Assembly (NCBI GenBank): GCA_023334545.1
Contig: JAADVB010000194.1
Span: 1 to 36,617, forward strand
DNA from: Salisapilia sapeloensis CBS 127946
Taxonomy: Eukaryota; Protista; Oomycota
Length of the DNA: 36,617 nt
Direction: 5' to 3'
Positions 23,805 through 35,206 of the stretch are shown here, piece by piece (the first letter of the stretch is position 1; every line of letters begins with the position of its first letter). The notes beneath the pieces were generated by a model, which searched no databases, had not been told where the DNA came from, and worked only from the letters and a program-made list of their open reading frames with translations. The translations under genes and the position numbers were made by a program.

Positions 23805-25928
23805 ATGGTCACCGTGTCCGCGAGAGAAGTACAGCAGATTCTACACGAATGGTGTGGTCCGCTAGAGAGTCACGTACGGCTCGAGGACGCCGAGTTCCGA
23901 CGCCACTTTCGACCGACGCAGTGGCTCGTACTGCGCCTCGTCCACAGGCCTCCGCTACAATCTGAGGACTCGACATCCAACCCGGCTCCACGCAAATCAA
24001 GGCGTGTGGGAAATAAAGCCTTCCCGAGTCAAGCCAACATCAATCGGTCCCCGTACCTCAAGCAGTGGGTCACGGCCATCCAGCGCCAGCTCGACGCAAT
24101 CCAAGTGCTCTTGTTCCTCATGCGACTCGTACCGTGCATGGACGCCCAAGCGCAGCAGCATATCGTCGACTTTCTAGGTGCCATGACTATATCCCAGAGT
24201 AAGCAGGCTATGATACAGGAATCCAAGAAGCATGCTCGGAATCAACGACCCAAAGATGATACATGGGCGCCAGCGTTTCATGATCCGACCCAGCAGCATG
24301 CCGTCTGGGCTATGACTAGTGACGAAGACAGAGGACTGGGCAGTGTCCACGGTCTCGTGCTAGACTTTGCCGGGTGGGAAGTGCTGCCAGAAGCCATCTT
24401 CCAGGCAGTTGGACAAGTGCTGCGATGCTCGACGAGTAGGATTGACGAAGCTAATGCCGAGCCTCTGCGAAGGGCTGTGCAGATCGCTCGATCCGCTGAT
24501 TCTGGCGTGTCCGAAATACTGGATCGCGTGATTCCCGTCGACTTGCGCTTCTGGAATTGCAAGCTGAATGCATCGAGTCTTGATCTAATCCATCGACACT
24601 TGGTCCACTGCCGTACGCCCGAGATGTCATCTCCCGCCACGTCTTCTTCATCGTTAACGTCGTCTCCAGCCTCGAAAGCAGCGTATTCTAGATTATTCGT
24701 AGTTCAGATATTGGATTTAAGCTCGAACGTGCTAAATCGAGATGCCATCCGGCAGATCACGTCGTCCACCTTGAGTGCAGGAAATAATGTCGCTGGGTGT
24801 CTGTCTTGTGTCAAGTTGAATGGCGTCTGCTGTGACGACGTCGACCCGGACGCGACTTTGAGTCTAATGACAGCCATCTTCTCTCCTGTACTCGATGGTG
24901 ACGGGTCTGCCCATCGCATGCAAGAGATTGCATTCGGAGACAACGCTCTCACGTGGCAGCAATTGGCTTGTCTCGGCTCTCTACTGCACACAGTTCCGTG
25001 TCCGACAGAAGCCAAGCGTCGACTTGGTCTCTCTCGTCTGCAGCCTCCTCTCTCCATCGATAAGGAGACGATGTGGCAGTGGCTAATGTTCGCTGTCTTC
25101 CACCCTCTCTCTCGTGCTGGTATCAAAGAGCTCGACCTCTCCGGTAACGGACTCGAGGTATCGGACGTCTACGCTGCCCAACGAGCGCTTCGGCTTGCCC
25201 AACCACCGCGTGATGTCTGGTACGACGAACCATTCTTGTCCGAGTACAAGCTCCCACAGGATGAACGCGACCGTCGAGATCAAGACGTGTCGACTTTAAG
25301 TGAATCCGAAGGAGATGACTTTGCAGAGTACGTTCGTGTCTCGTCCAAAGCGACGTTCCGGTCTCGACCGACTCGAGCCTCACGGAAGCTCAACTGCGTC
25401 GTCGCAGATAATCGCGAGAGTTGGTTCCCTGTCGTCGATCGACAGCACGACTGCGTCTGCGTCATGCTGCCTGGCGTCGGCTATGCGTGGGTCCATCCTC
25501 CGTCTGCTGTGATTGAGACGCAGACGAGGGAGATGCCACCGGACGGTGTGCATAGTGTCCGGGCGTTGAAACTAGACTTTATGGTCTCATCTGGCATGGG
25601 CCACACGTATGAACCTTCTCTGATGGAGCTCGTGAATGGCATGCTCCAGCTCATCGGTCATCCATTAACGTCCTTGTCGTTGCGTGGGAACTATATGAAA
25701 AGCGAGGATGTAGTGCAAGTGATGGACCTTTGTCCGAACTTAGAGAGCTTGGACTTGCAAGGATGCAGCCTCGTGGACATCGGCGGACTGGTGCTGACGC
25801 TACGACGTCGAGAGCGTTGTGCGCATCTGCGTCATTTGAATCTGCGCTACAACTTGTTTTCGTCCATTGACTTGAACTTGTTGACCGAGTTGGAGAACTC
25901 GGTGCAAGAGATGGAAGTTTGGTACTAG
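23805..25928 (+). CDS. Leucine-rich-repeat (RNI-like) protein (~707 aa; 3' end may be spliced further)
   Basis: Long ORF with first ATG at 23805. LxxLxLxxN units include QILDLSSNVL, IKELDLSGNGL, LTSLSLRGNYM, LESLDLQGCSL and LRHLNLRYNLF. WQWLMFAVF and CVMLPGVGYAWV resemble an uncharacterised oomycete LRR family (recalled, unverified). Confidence 0.8.
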   Translation: MVTVSAREVQQILHEWCGPLESHVRLEDAEFRRHFRPTQWLVLRLVHRPPLQSEDSTSNPAPRKSRRVGNKAFPSQANINRSPYLKQWVTAIQRQLDAIQVLLFLMRLVPCMDAQAQQHIVDFLGAMTISQSKQAMIQESKKHARNQRPKDDTWAPAFHDPTQQHAVWAMTSDEDRGLGSVHGLVLDFAGWEVLPEAIFQAVGQVLRCSTSRIDEANAEPLRRAVQIARSADSGVSEILDRVIPVDLRFWNCKLNASSLDLIHRHLVHCRTPEMSSPATSSSSLTSSPASKAAYSRLFVVQILDLSSNVLNRDAIRQITSSTLSAGNNVAGCLSCVKLNGVCCDDVDPDATLSLMTAIFSPVLDGDGSAHRMQEIAFGDNALTWQQLACLGSLLHTVPCPTEAKRRLGLSRLQPPLSIDKETMWQWLMFAVFHPLSRAGIKELDLSGNGLEVSDVYAAQRALRLAQPPRDVWYDEPFLSEYKLPQDERDRRDQDVSTLSESEGDDFAEYVRVSSKATFRSRPTRASRKLNCVVADNRESWFPVVDRQHDCVCVMLPGVGYAWVHPPSAVIETQTREMPPDGVHSVRALKLDFMVSSGMGHTYEPSLMELVNGMLQLIGHPLTSLSLRGNYMKSEDVVQVMDLCPNLESLDLQGCSLVDIGGLVLTLRRRERCAHLRHLNLRYNLFSSIDLNLLTELENSVQEMEVWY

Positions 25929-26127
25929 CAAGTGACTAGGTAAAGAGCTATGAAGGTAATATATTATGAACGGTGTGTGAGACCACTAGTCATACCTTTC
26001 GTCTTCTTCTGCCACTTTACCTAGTTACATGTGGACATGACGTTCGTATCGTATAGCGTCGGCTTTTAGATGTAAAAAGACCAAGTGTGCAACAAGTCAA
26101 GTTTATTTCCATTGCAAGAGTCGAACG

Positions 26128-28931
26128 CTAGGAGCTACGTTGTTTCTTGCCTCTTCCTCGTCCACGTCCACTGGTGCTGGAGGCAGCCTTTCGCTTACCT
26201 GTCGCTTTGGCTTTCTTCTGGAACTGACTCACATCAGCGTCCTGATCCTCCTCCTCTTCTTCTTCCGCATCAGATGGAGGCGCGAGTCCACCTTCTTCCT
26301 CTGCACTAGCTGTTTTCTTCCGTCCCTTTGTAATTGTCGTAGAGCTCAAACTTGACTCGACGACTGCTTGGGATGTATGCACTGCCTTATTGTACTGGCG
26401 AGTAAAAGCAGACTTGGCTTTCGTATCTAGTTGAGAGTACGAATGCCGCTTGACATTCGGGAAGCCAAAGCTCTCCATGGACTCCACCAGGTCTGTTCGT
26501 GTGAGTTGACAAGCGTCTAATAGTTCAATCACCTCCGCAACATGCTATCCATACTACATAAGACACTGCGAAAGCAAACATCAGAAGAAAAAGGTACGTA
26601 CGTCATCTCCAGATAAGAGTTTGGTCAGTAGAATCTCCTTCATGAACGGCACATAGTCCAGTCGAATCACTAGACCACATCACATAAGACACTTGCATCC
26701 ACCTTTAATAGAACATGTATATCTACCTTGTCTTGAGCCAGATGCATGCGATCGCATACGGACAGATAGTTCACTTAGCAGTCGCTTAGACTTGGTAGCT
26801 GTCGAGTTCTTCCCAAGCCACCTACATGTATTTGTCAGTCCACTGCATCCTCTGTCAACTAGAAACAAACATACTTGGAGAATTCAGTCTGACCGACATA
26901 TCCTTTCGAATGGATACAAGCAGCAACGTTCAACGCCGCTTGTTTCGTCAGGAGATCCCATCGCTGGTCTGATCGAACGTAATTGCTCACAATATCGCTT
27001 TCGCCGATAAAGTCTGCTGCTAATGCCGCTACTTCCAACTGATCATCCACTCCTCCCTTGCCATGCATAACGCTCTTCAGATAATTCTCCTGTACCATCA
27101 ATGGCATCAGGTCGTAATCGACAAAGTACGCTTCGTTGCGTTCAGCAAACGACGCGTCCTTTGCGAATATCTGTTGCGTCGCACTGAAAGGGTTTAGCCG
27201 TAAGACCTCATCTTTATTGACTGCTGCTTTCGGGTTCACGAGATCGTCGTACGTCACGCGGTTCGTAGTTAACTTCCATCGTTGCATCTGCGTTAACAAC
27301 TGTCGAATGTCATTCCCACATCGTTCCACGGCTTCTTCCATGGCATTTTTCTCTACTTCTAGACCTTCCTTACTAGCAATGTCCATCATCCGCTTGGCAA
27401 TTGCAACCTTCGTCGGGCGAGCGATACGTAAGTCGAGTGCAGAGTTCGCCAATGAACGAACCTTTTGGCTCTGACGGTCGTTGCAGATGCAAATGATAGG
27501 CGTCCGACTCTTCTTGATGAGCTGGATGAGCTCTGCCGTGCCGCCTCGATCGCCACCACTCATACCGTCCACTTCATCCATGACGACGACTCGCTTTCCT
27601 AACGACATGCCTTTGCTCGAACCAAATTGCAATGTTCTCGTACCAAGCACATCTGTCAATCCACTCTGGAGCATCTTCTTACTACGCGTGTCACTTGCGT
27701 TCAACTCGAGGACTTCAAATCCTAAATCCTCCGCTACGATAGTTGCCATGCTCGTTTTCCCGATGCCAGGTGGACCGGACAGCAAGACTGTTTTGGCACC
27801 TGGATTATCGTTTTTAAAACTCTTTGGCATAGGCTTCGTCTTGGCGACGTGAATCGCATGCCAGTCACGAAGCCAGTCGGCAAGCGTCTTGGCTTTCGCG
27901 TTAAGACCGATGAGGTCACTCACGGTCTTGGGCTTGTACTTGTCTGGCCACAAGTAGTCTTGCGAGGTGTGAGAGGACACTTGTCGTGCAGGGGCAGGTT
28001 TCTGTGCATTCTTTTTCTCCTGGAAAGACGCCTTGTCCGCAATCAAATTGTAAAAGTCATTCTGTGTTAGCATACGAACGTTATTTTCGACCGCAGCTTT
28101 GTACTTTGCGCTAACAGAAACGGCGTCTCCGTTTTCCAACGTATCACCAAGAACCAAGTAGTGTGTTTTTTTCGTCACGCTCTTCGCGACACTCCCACCA
28201 CACTGTTTTACAAGATGAATTGCATCGTTACGAGAAATGTTGAGCATATCTCCTGTGAATACAAACGTCGTGTTGTCGAGACAACCTGGTACTGGATGAG
28301 GAGCGCTGACAGGGTCTTTACTACGACCAAGAGTGTCGAATTCTTGCTTTATACTGGATGTTGAGTCGATAGGAAGAGGCTGCTTTTCCGTCTATACACA
28401 GGTAGGAGGTGTGTTAATGATCTATTCTACATTGCAGTCGAGGTACGCATACACATGATGCTTGATACGATACACTTTTGCGATAATAAAGATCTGTACC
28501 TTGATGGTGACAGAGGTTGATGAAGATGAATCAACCTTCTTAGTAACTTCCTTCTTTGGAGATTTTGATGATAGCTTTGGTTCTGGAGAAGGCTCCTTCT
28601 TTGCACTTGGCATGTCTTCGTCGCTATCACTTTCTTCGACAGCTTTTGATCGCTGTTGCAGTCGCTTTCGAATCTTCGGAACGGATGGAGCATCCATGTC
28701 CTCATCACTGTCATCAATAGCTATAGTTTCTTCCAGCTTTATAGGCTTCTTCGGCTTTGGCACCCGCTTGGATTGGCTCGTGGCTCGTTCTGCAGCTACA
28801 AATATGCAGTTAGTAGGCTATATAAGGCTATATTGTACATCCCAATCCATATATATCTTACCTCTGGTGGTTTTCTTTTCCTGGCCAGAGCTCTCGCCCT
28901 TGCCTTTATTGAAAAAGGACCTAATATCCAT
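26128..28931 (-). CDS. RFC1: Replication factor C large subunit
   Basis: Starts MDIRSFF. Five GT-AG introns restore the frame: 28796-28861, 28392-28499, 26822-26874, 26670-26726 and 26545-26601. Motifs include a BRCT domain (CLDNTTFVFTG..GGSVAKSVTKKTHYLVLG), LWPDKYKP, Walker A SGPPGIGKT, LELNASDTRSK, Walker B MDEVDGMSGGDRGG and WLGKNS. Confidence 0.95.
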
Positions 28932-29167
28932 GCAGTAGTAGCCTGATGTGGTCTTCGCGCCACTTTTTGCTTAGGCTTTGTCGGTTTTGTTGTTAATTTT
29001 AGCCAATACTAGTAGAGTCGAAGAAATTACTACCAATCAATTAGCATCGATTTAAACTTTAAAATAAAAAACAAGCCCGATATTAAATATGAATTTATGT
29101 TTTCACGTACTCCAATCGACTTTGCTGTGAGATAAGGGATGCGACGTCAGCACGATTGATTTCATAG

Positions 29168-31240
29168 TTATTGCTGGATCATTATATTCATTTTACCAAA
29201 GGTCGAGTCAGTATCGCCATCATCGCTTTCAGGCTCCTCCACGGTACTATTTGTAGCTGCCCATAGGTTATTGCCTGCACCAGATGATTCCACCCACTCC
29301 ATATATTTGTTGCAAGCCAACTTTCGCTTCTGAGTGAGCGCATTGAGTGCTTCCATGACGCGAAAACCACCGCCTAATGATCGTAGGCGTATAATCTGAG
29401 AAGTCAACGCATTCGCTACACACCAGTATGCCTCGCCTCGCAGTGACGAAGCTTCAGACAGATGCATTTCGCAAAGCGTTATAAAGGTGCTGCACTCGAC
29501 TAGCCGGTCTTCTATTTCTTGTGCATACTTTGGTAGTTCGAACGTATGCACGAGGTTTCGCTGAGCTTCGATTGTTTCTTCGATGTTGTCGAGCTCTTTC
29601 GCAATAGCTCTTTGTTTCTCAAATACATAACGAATATCATTCTCTTTCTTTTCAAGCATTTCCGTAGCTTTAGGATGCACAGTGTGGTAGCTATTACGCA
29701 AATGGAGGTGCTTTAAAGCACGACCAAGTCCAGCATACGCTTCAAGCATATCTTGTGGACGCTGTAGGGTGGTCGCAATATTTACCGCTTCACGCCATAA
29801 AGGTATTGCTTCCATATAACGCTGACTGGCTGAATACACCAGGGCCAAGTTGTGTGTTGCTCGCTGTTGGCTAGGGATGTCCTCTTGTTCGGTCGCCATT
29901 TGAAGGTCTATGTAGTGCAATTTTACTGCGTCATCAACTTTTCCCTGCGCAAAATGAACTTGACCAAACCAGCTAATCAGCATGCCTTTTAATTTTAATA
30001 ACGATCCTCTATCTGCGCAGTTTTCAGCTTCCAACTCGTCGCAAAGTATCTCGTCTACCCCTTGAAGGCCGAACGATAATTCTGCTTCAGATGTGTGAAA
30101 CTGCTTGGCTTCATACGACTTGCGGGCTCTTTCGCATTGGATCAGTAAGCGAACAATCATATCTGGACGTGAGTCGGTACTTCGTGATACTTCACTTTGT
30201 TTTAGGCACGCTTCAGCGGTTATAGATGGATGCAGACCTGCGCTTTGTAGCATGCGCGTACTAAACGACGACCTTCCGAGCAAAACGCCCAAATGAAACA
30301 TTATAAGGCCTTGAATAGATGTCTTGTGACAGTGACCATTAGCTTGAAGAGCTTTTGAAAAGCATATTAACGCAGTTTCTTCATTTCCAACTTCCAACTC
30401 GACCACCCCTTTGTTATTGTAAGCAACGCAAAGTAGTTCTTGGTCATCACATCGCTCTGCTTCTTCAACTGCAATATTCACTTCCTTAACTCTATCTATT
30501 GTCAACTTTGTTTGACCAATCCTTACTGTATTGATTGAGGAAGATGAATATAATAGTCGATGTCAGTACAACGTGCAATAGATTGCGTAAAGTAACATCA
30601 GACAAATTGTAGACGTACAAAGTCGACTTGTTGCACCAGCCTTGGTGACATTTATGTGCTCACTTGGATGAAGCCCCGCTGCGTCTCGGCAGTCGAGCAT
30701 GGTTGATGCGGTATGCATTGCATCTTTCAGATTACCTTGACGAAATAGATACAATGCATAATTTGAGTTGAGCATGGGTTCTTGAGTTGTGATGCCCAAG
30801 TTTCCTTTGCTGATTTCTGCTCTGACAACCTTTTTGCCAGCAAGAATATATGTGATGGCTTGTTGCACGTTGTCTAAACAGTACTTGGCGACCGCCATGT
30901 TATTCAGAGTACCCACATGCAATTCAGCCAAAGCGGCTGCAGTTGCATCGGATGCGTGGTCATGTAGAGAACTTTCACTACATGCAAGTAGTGGATGCGT
31001 ATGTATCCAAGCAAGCACTTTTTCGTAATAAGGCAAGGACTCTGCATGCTTTTCATACTTCGTACAAAGCTGTCCGAGTTGGTATGTCAAGTACATTGCC
31101 TTTTGCTTCTTGGCATTAACATTGACACTCTCCGTAGTCGAGACATTTTCGGTAGCTAGTAGTACTGGAATCTTAATTCGTGAAAGTTTATCTTCTAATC
31201 GTTGGAATTGTTCTTGATAAGCCTCTTCTCTGGATATCAT
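29168..31240 (-). CDS. TPR-repeat protein (~659 aa)
   Basis: The two track ORFs join across a 93-nt intron 30526-30618 (GTACGT..CAG, phase 1). TPR-like units include YQLGQLCTKYEKHAESLPYYEK, AYNNKGVVELEVGNEETALICFSKAL and ATHNLALVYSASQRYMEAIPLWREA. Confidence 0.75.
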
Positions 31241-31404
31241 TTTCAGGCTGAAGCAGTAAAGATCGAGCTTAGAGAGTATCGATATAACGGTGACTGATTA
31301 ATCATGCCACGAATTTATTTATAACTCACGTTGTTGTTTGATGTCGTAACGATCAAATCGTCTAAATGATTAAATATAAGACTTTCTATCACTCACTTAC
31401 AGCT

Positions 31405-32615
31405 ATGACGGATGCAAGCCTTCTTGTTGTGGATGGAGTGATCAATAAGTTGCTAAGCGTGCAGGATAAGGCAGTACAGACTGAAGTCACCGATATCACG
31501 GCCGAGGAAGTGACACTTCTCTGTCGCAAGATCCGTACGGTAAGTAGGCTTCATTCTTCATCATACGTAGGCATGATATAACCACATATCACACAGATCT
31601 TCCTTGAGCAACCCTCCCTCGTCGAAGTTTCAGCACCGACGAACATATGCGGTGACACGCATGGGCAATACTCAGACCTTTTGCGCTTATTTGAAATCGG
31701 AGGGTTTCCAGATACCAATCGGTACTTATTTCTCGGTGATTATGTCGACAGAGGAATGCAAAGTATAGAAACAATTTGCTTGTTATTTGCATACAAGATC
31801 AAATATCCTGAGCAACTTTATTTACTGCGTGGAAATCATGAATGCGCTTCGATCAATCGCATATACGGTACGAAGAATGTAATGGAGAATTGTGTCCACA
31901 TGTATCCTAATTCAAGTTTGGACTGCAATGCTATATATCCATGATAGGCTTCTACGACGAGTGTAAGCGCCGATATTCGGTCAAGATTTGGCGTACATTT
32001 GGTGACTGCTTTAATTGCATGCCCGTAGCAGCGGTGGTATCAGAAAAGGTATCAATTGCGTCCGTTGTGCTTCTATCATTTAATGAAAATCAGTGCCCAC
32101 GACAACGTAGATATTCTGTACACACGGAGGATTATCTCCGGACTTGTATACACTGGACCAGATCCGTAGTATTAGACGTCCAACTGATGTTCCAGATGAG
32201 GTATGCTATGCAAACTGATTGCCTTGCTAATATTTACCTGTATTGCATGCTAACGAAACAGATTTTAATTGTTGCGCTTTCGTAGGGTCTACTTTGTGAT
32301 CTATTATGGGCAGACCCCGATCCAGATAGCCTAGGATGGACTGAAAGTGATCGAGGTGTATCGTACGTATTTGGAGCAGATATCGTGGAGCAATTTCTTG
32401 AGAGCTACGACCTCGAACTTATATGTCGAGCTCATCAAGTTGTGTCTGATGGATACGAATTTTTCGCCGGCCGAAAACTTGTCACGATATTCTCTGCTCC
32501 AAATTACTGCAACGAATTTGATAACTCTGGTGCAATGCTTATTGTAGCTCCCAACCTTGTCTGCTCTTTTAAAATTCTCGCATCGGCAGACAAGATGAAT
32601 CAAGGCAAAACTTAG
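31405..32615 (+). CDS. Ser/Thr protein phosphatase, PP1-type catalytic subunit (308 aa, 5 exons)
   Basis: Exons 31405-31539, 31597-31867, 31948-32048, 32111-32200 and 32286-32615 total 927 nt. PPP motifs are [47 protein letters not shown] and FSAPNYC. Confidence 0.93.
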
Positions 32616-33970
32616 TGGATGTTGAATCATTTCGAAGTCCGAACATGTAGTAGCCTTGGAAGACTAAGAAAATATGAATATATTGAGCCATTGTAAAAAC
32701 CATCTATGCAGAGTTCTCGCATGTTGTGTTCAAATTTACCTTCATGAAAAGAATAGCATAAAGTATTGTCTTTGTCTAAGTCCACGATAAAGCGTAAAAT
32801 GTATACGTATGGGCGCACATTAAGACTAGCTCACTTATTGGATTTGGGAAATTGAGCATTGCTACATGCAGAACCAATGTATCAATCGAACTTTCATGGA
32901 TGTAGCTGCTTTTATATCCACGCTCTGGCAAATTGTAGCTTTTTTAGCTTCTCCAACAGCAAATGCATTACTTGACATATGATCACGTTTGCTATCAATT
33001 TCGCTAAGCTTATCTAATCTTGACTTGCTAAAACACACTCGAAAGCAGACACTAAGTGCTCGGCTTCGCTTAATTGAAAAGAGACCATACTTTTTACTTT
33101 CGTGAGTATCCAAGCGATCTATAGTTCACTAATTACTGTATGATATATCGAGATGGAGTGACTCTGCGTTAGCGAAAATTTCCACTTTATATTATCCCGT
33201 GACTTTATACATTTGCGCAATTCTGATGAGCTGAATCAAAGTATATTTTATGCTGTGGAAACCGGGTTGAAGACATTGACAAACATCTCATCATTTTTAT
33301 AACTGTATCTCCATGTCTCCGATTAAATGTAGACAAAAACATGCTACAAAGAATTAAACATCTTATTCTGCCCTATTTGATCAATATAAGTGGGAATCGC
33401 GTCGTCGTCGAAGTACGTCCGTTCTTCTATTTCCCTACTATTGCTTCCTGCTAGTGAAAAGCGACACGACTTTCGTCACAGCTATGGTCAGTACCAACTG
33501 CAATAATGGAGCTACTAAAGTCACGAAATATACAGAGTTACCTCCACACTGGCCCGCCAAGCACGGTTTACATGTTGCACGGTTGAAGCTTTAACTAGGA
33601 AAATGAGTCCACTGATTTTGTTTTATGTGCTTTTGCAGAAAACTGTTTATCAAGGTGTAGCGATCACCAACGATAAGAAACTCCTACGATCGATTGATTT
33701 TAACTAAACACTTGGAAACACTTGAGTGAACACTTGACGAGCTTCAGACTGAAAATGAGATATATAATTTGCTTGTACAAGTCTAATAGCTGGTCTTCTG
33801 CTCATTAGCACATCACAAATCTGTTCTTCTGCTGCCAAAGTTACCAAGCAATCGGTACGTTGGCTAGAGTACCGCAAAAGATGTCCTATTTACCTGGTCA
33901 ATGTTAAAGCAAAAACAGCGTCTTCTACTCAGAATTTTTGAAGGTGATACGAATAGTATCAGCACAAGTC

Positions 33971-35206
33971 TTATTGAATACGCTCCTTTATTCTTTTAAT
34001 GATGTCTCGTGCTTCACTCTTAATGTGGAGCGGGTCAACTTGAGTTGCTTGTAGTTGAACCATTGGTGCGGTCTTGGTTGTGACATGCACCTGCTTTCCA
34101 TACGTAATTGTAGATTGAGATGTCTTATGGGATGAACGCCAGCTTGCTGCCGTATAAAATCGATGCGCAATAACACGTAAATGATGGCTTTGCACTATCG
34201 TCTTCATCACAAGTTCCTTAAGCAAGTTGTTCAGTTCCTCCGTTTTACGATCAAGTTCAGAAGATGGCTGTGCATCAAACGGAAAGAATGAAAGCTCTTG
34301 TACTTGATCCGATAACGCCTGCTCTAAAATTCTGCTTGTACCGGAACTTGCTTGTAAAAGCTCCCACGCGATAGAGTCTTCTAAAAAGAGGTCTGCCTGT
34401 GCTGAACTGTCATCGACGACACAACGGATGGTAGTGGATACTCGAGTTTGTTTATTAAAGTCGGGGCTGGAGGACACAAAAATCGCATCAAAGCACTTTG
34501 GCTTTGCGTTCTTCCCTCGGTATGGTTGCTTCGTAGCATTATCTACGTGTAGCCATTGTGATCGTGCCTTATCCAGCAACAGTGCGCTCTGGCATTGACG
34601 ACATCTTCGCTTTAAATAAACGTAGCTGAAATGGACGACACGAACTACTAGTCGATGGAGTCGACGGTCTACTCTTAGCGATGGACGGTAAAAGGCTTCT
34701 AGCCATTCGTGCTTCATACTACCGTAGAGCATCGGAGTACTTAAATGGGATGGAACTGCACCACTGACAGTGATGGAAGATGAAGCAGCGTTCCAATTTA
34801 CATACACTTTATACGAGTTTTTAGCGACGTTAATCTTCACATGATGAAAAGTAACAACACAGCCAGTGTCAAGTTTATCCATATCCAGCTCCCACGCAGC
34901 ATCAATAGAAATGCTAATAAAGTCGACAAAGTGCAAATCCCGTAGAGTGCATGAGATTTGCATTATTGTTCCAGCCGCTGGTACTTGTTCACCTGTCCGA
35001 AGTCTCTTCTTTCCTTCACAAGTTACTGTGGCATACGAACGAGTGTCGGTCACTTCAGCCATCTGGCAGCTTTCGATAACTCCTATCACGTCCACAACTT
35101 GTGGAAGATGTTGGATAGAGGTTTGGCTCTTTATGGTAGAACTGGTGCTTTTAGCCTGACTTGGATGAAGGAAGAGCTCATGAACATGCTTAAGCTGGCA
35201 TGACAT
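33971..35206 (-). CDS. CTC1 (CST complex)-like C-terminal OB-fold/Zn-ribbon protein (411 aa as seen; may be 5'-incomplete)
   Basis: GCVVTFHHVKINVAKNSYKVYV and RCRQCQ..IRCVVDDSSAQA resemble recalled CTC1 OB-F and OB-G motifs ([37 protein letters not shown]). Confidence 0.65.
   Translation of the reverse strand: MSCQLKHVHELFLHPSQAKSTSSTIKSQTSIQHLPQVVDVIGVIESCQMAEVTDTRSYATVTCEGKKRLRTGEQVPAAGTIMQISCTLRDLHFVDFISISIDAAWELDMDKLDTGCVVTFHHVKINVAKNSYKVYVNWNAASSSITVSGAVPSHLSTPMLYGSMKHEWLEAFYRPSLRVDRRLHRLVVRVVHFSYVYLKRRCRQCQSALLLDKARSQWLHVDNATKQPYRGKNAKPKCFDAIFVSSSPDFNKQTRVSTTIRCVVDDSSAQADLFLEDSIAWELLQASSGTSRILEQALSDQVQELSFFPFDAQPSSELDRKTEELNNLLKELVMKTIVQSHHLRVIAHRFYTAASWRSSHKTSQSTITYGKQVHVTTKTAPMVQLQATQVDPLHIKSEARDIIKRIKERIQ

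Noticed and set aside
30526-30618. Two separate genes at 29168-30505 and 30563-31240
   Set aside because: A canonical 93-nt intron joins them in frame into one TPR gene.
32627-33960. Short ORFs (32627-32818, 32862-33113) in an AT-rich gap
   Set aside because: No motifs and no convincing splice path; a small multi-exon gene cannot be excluded without RNA data.
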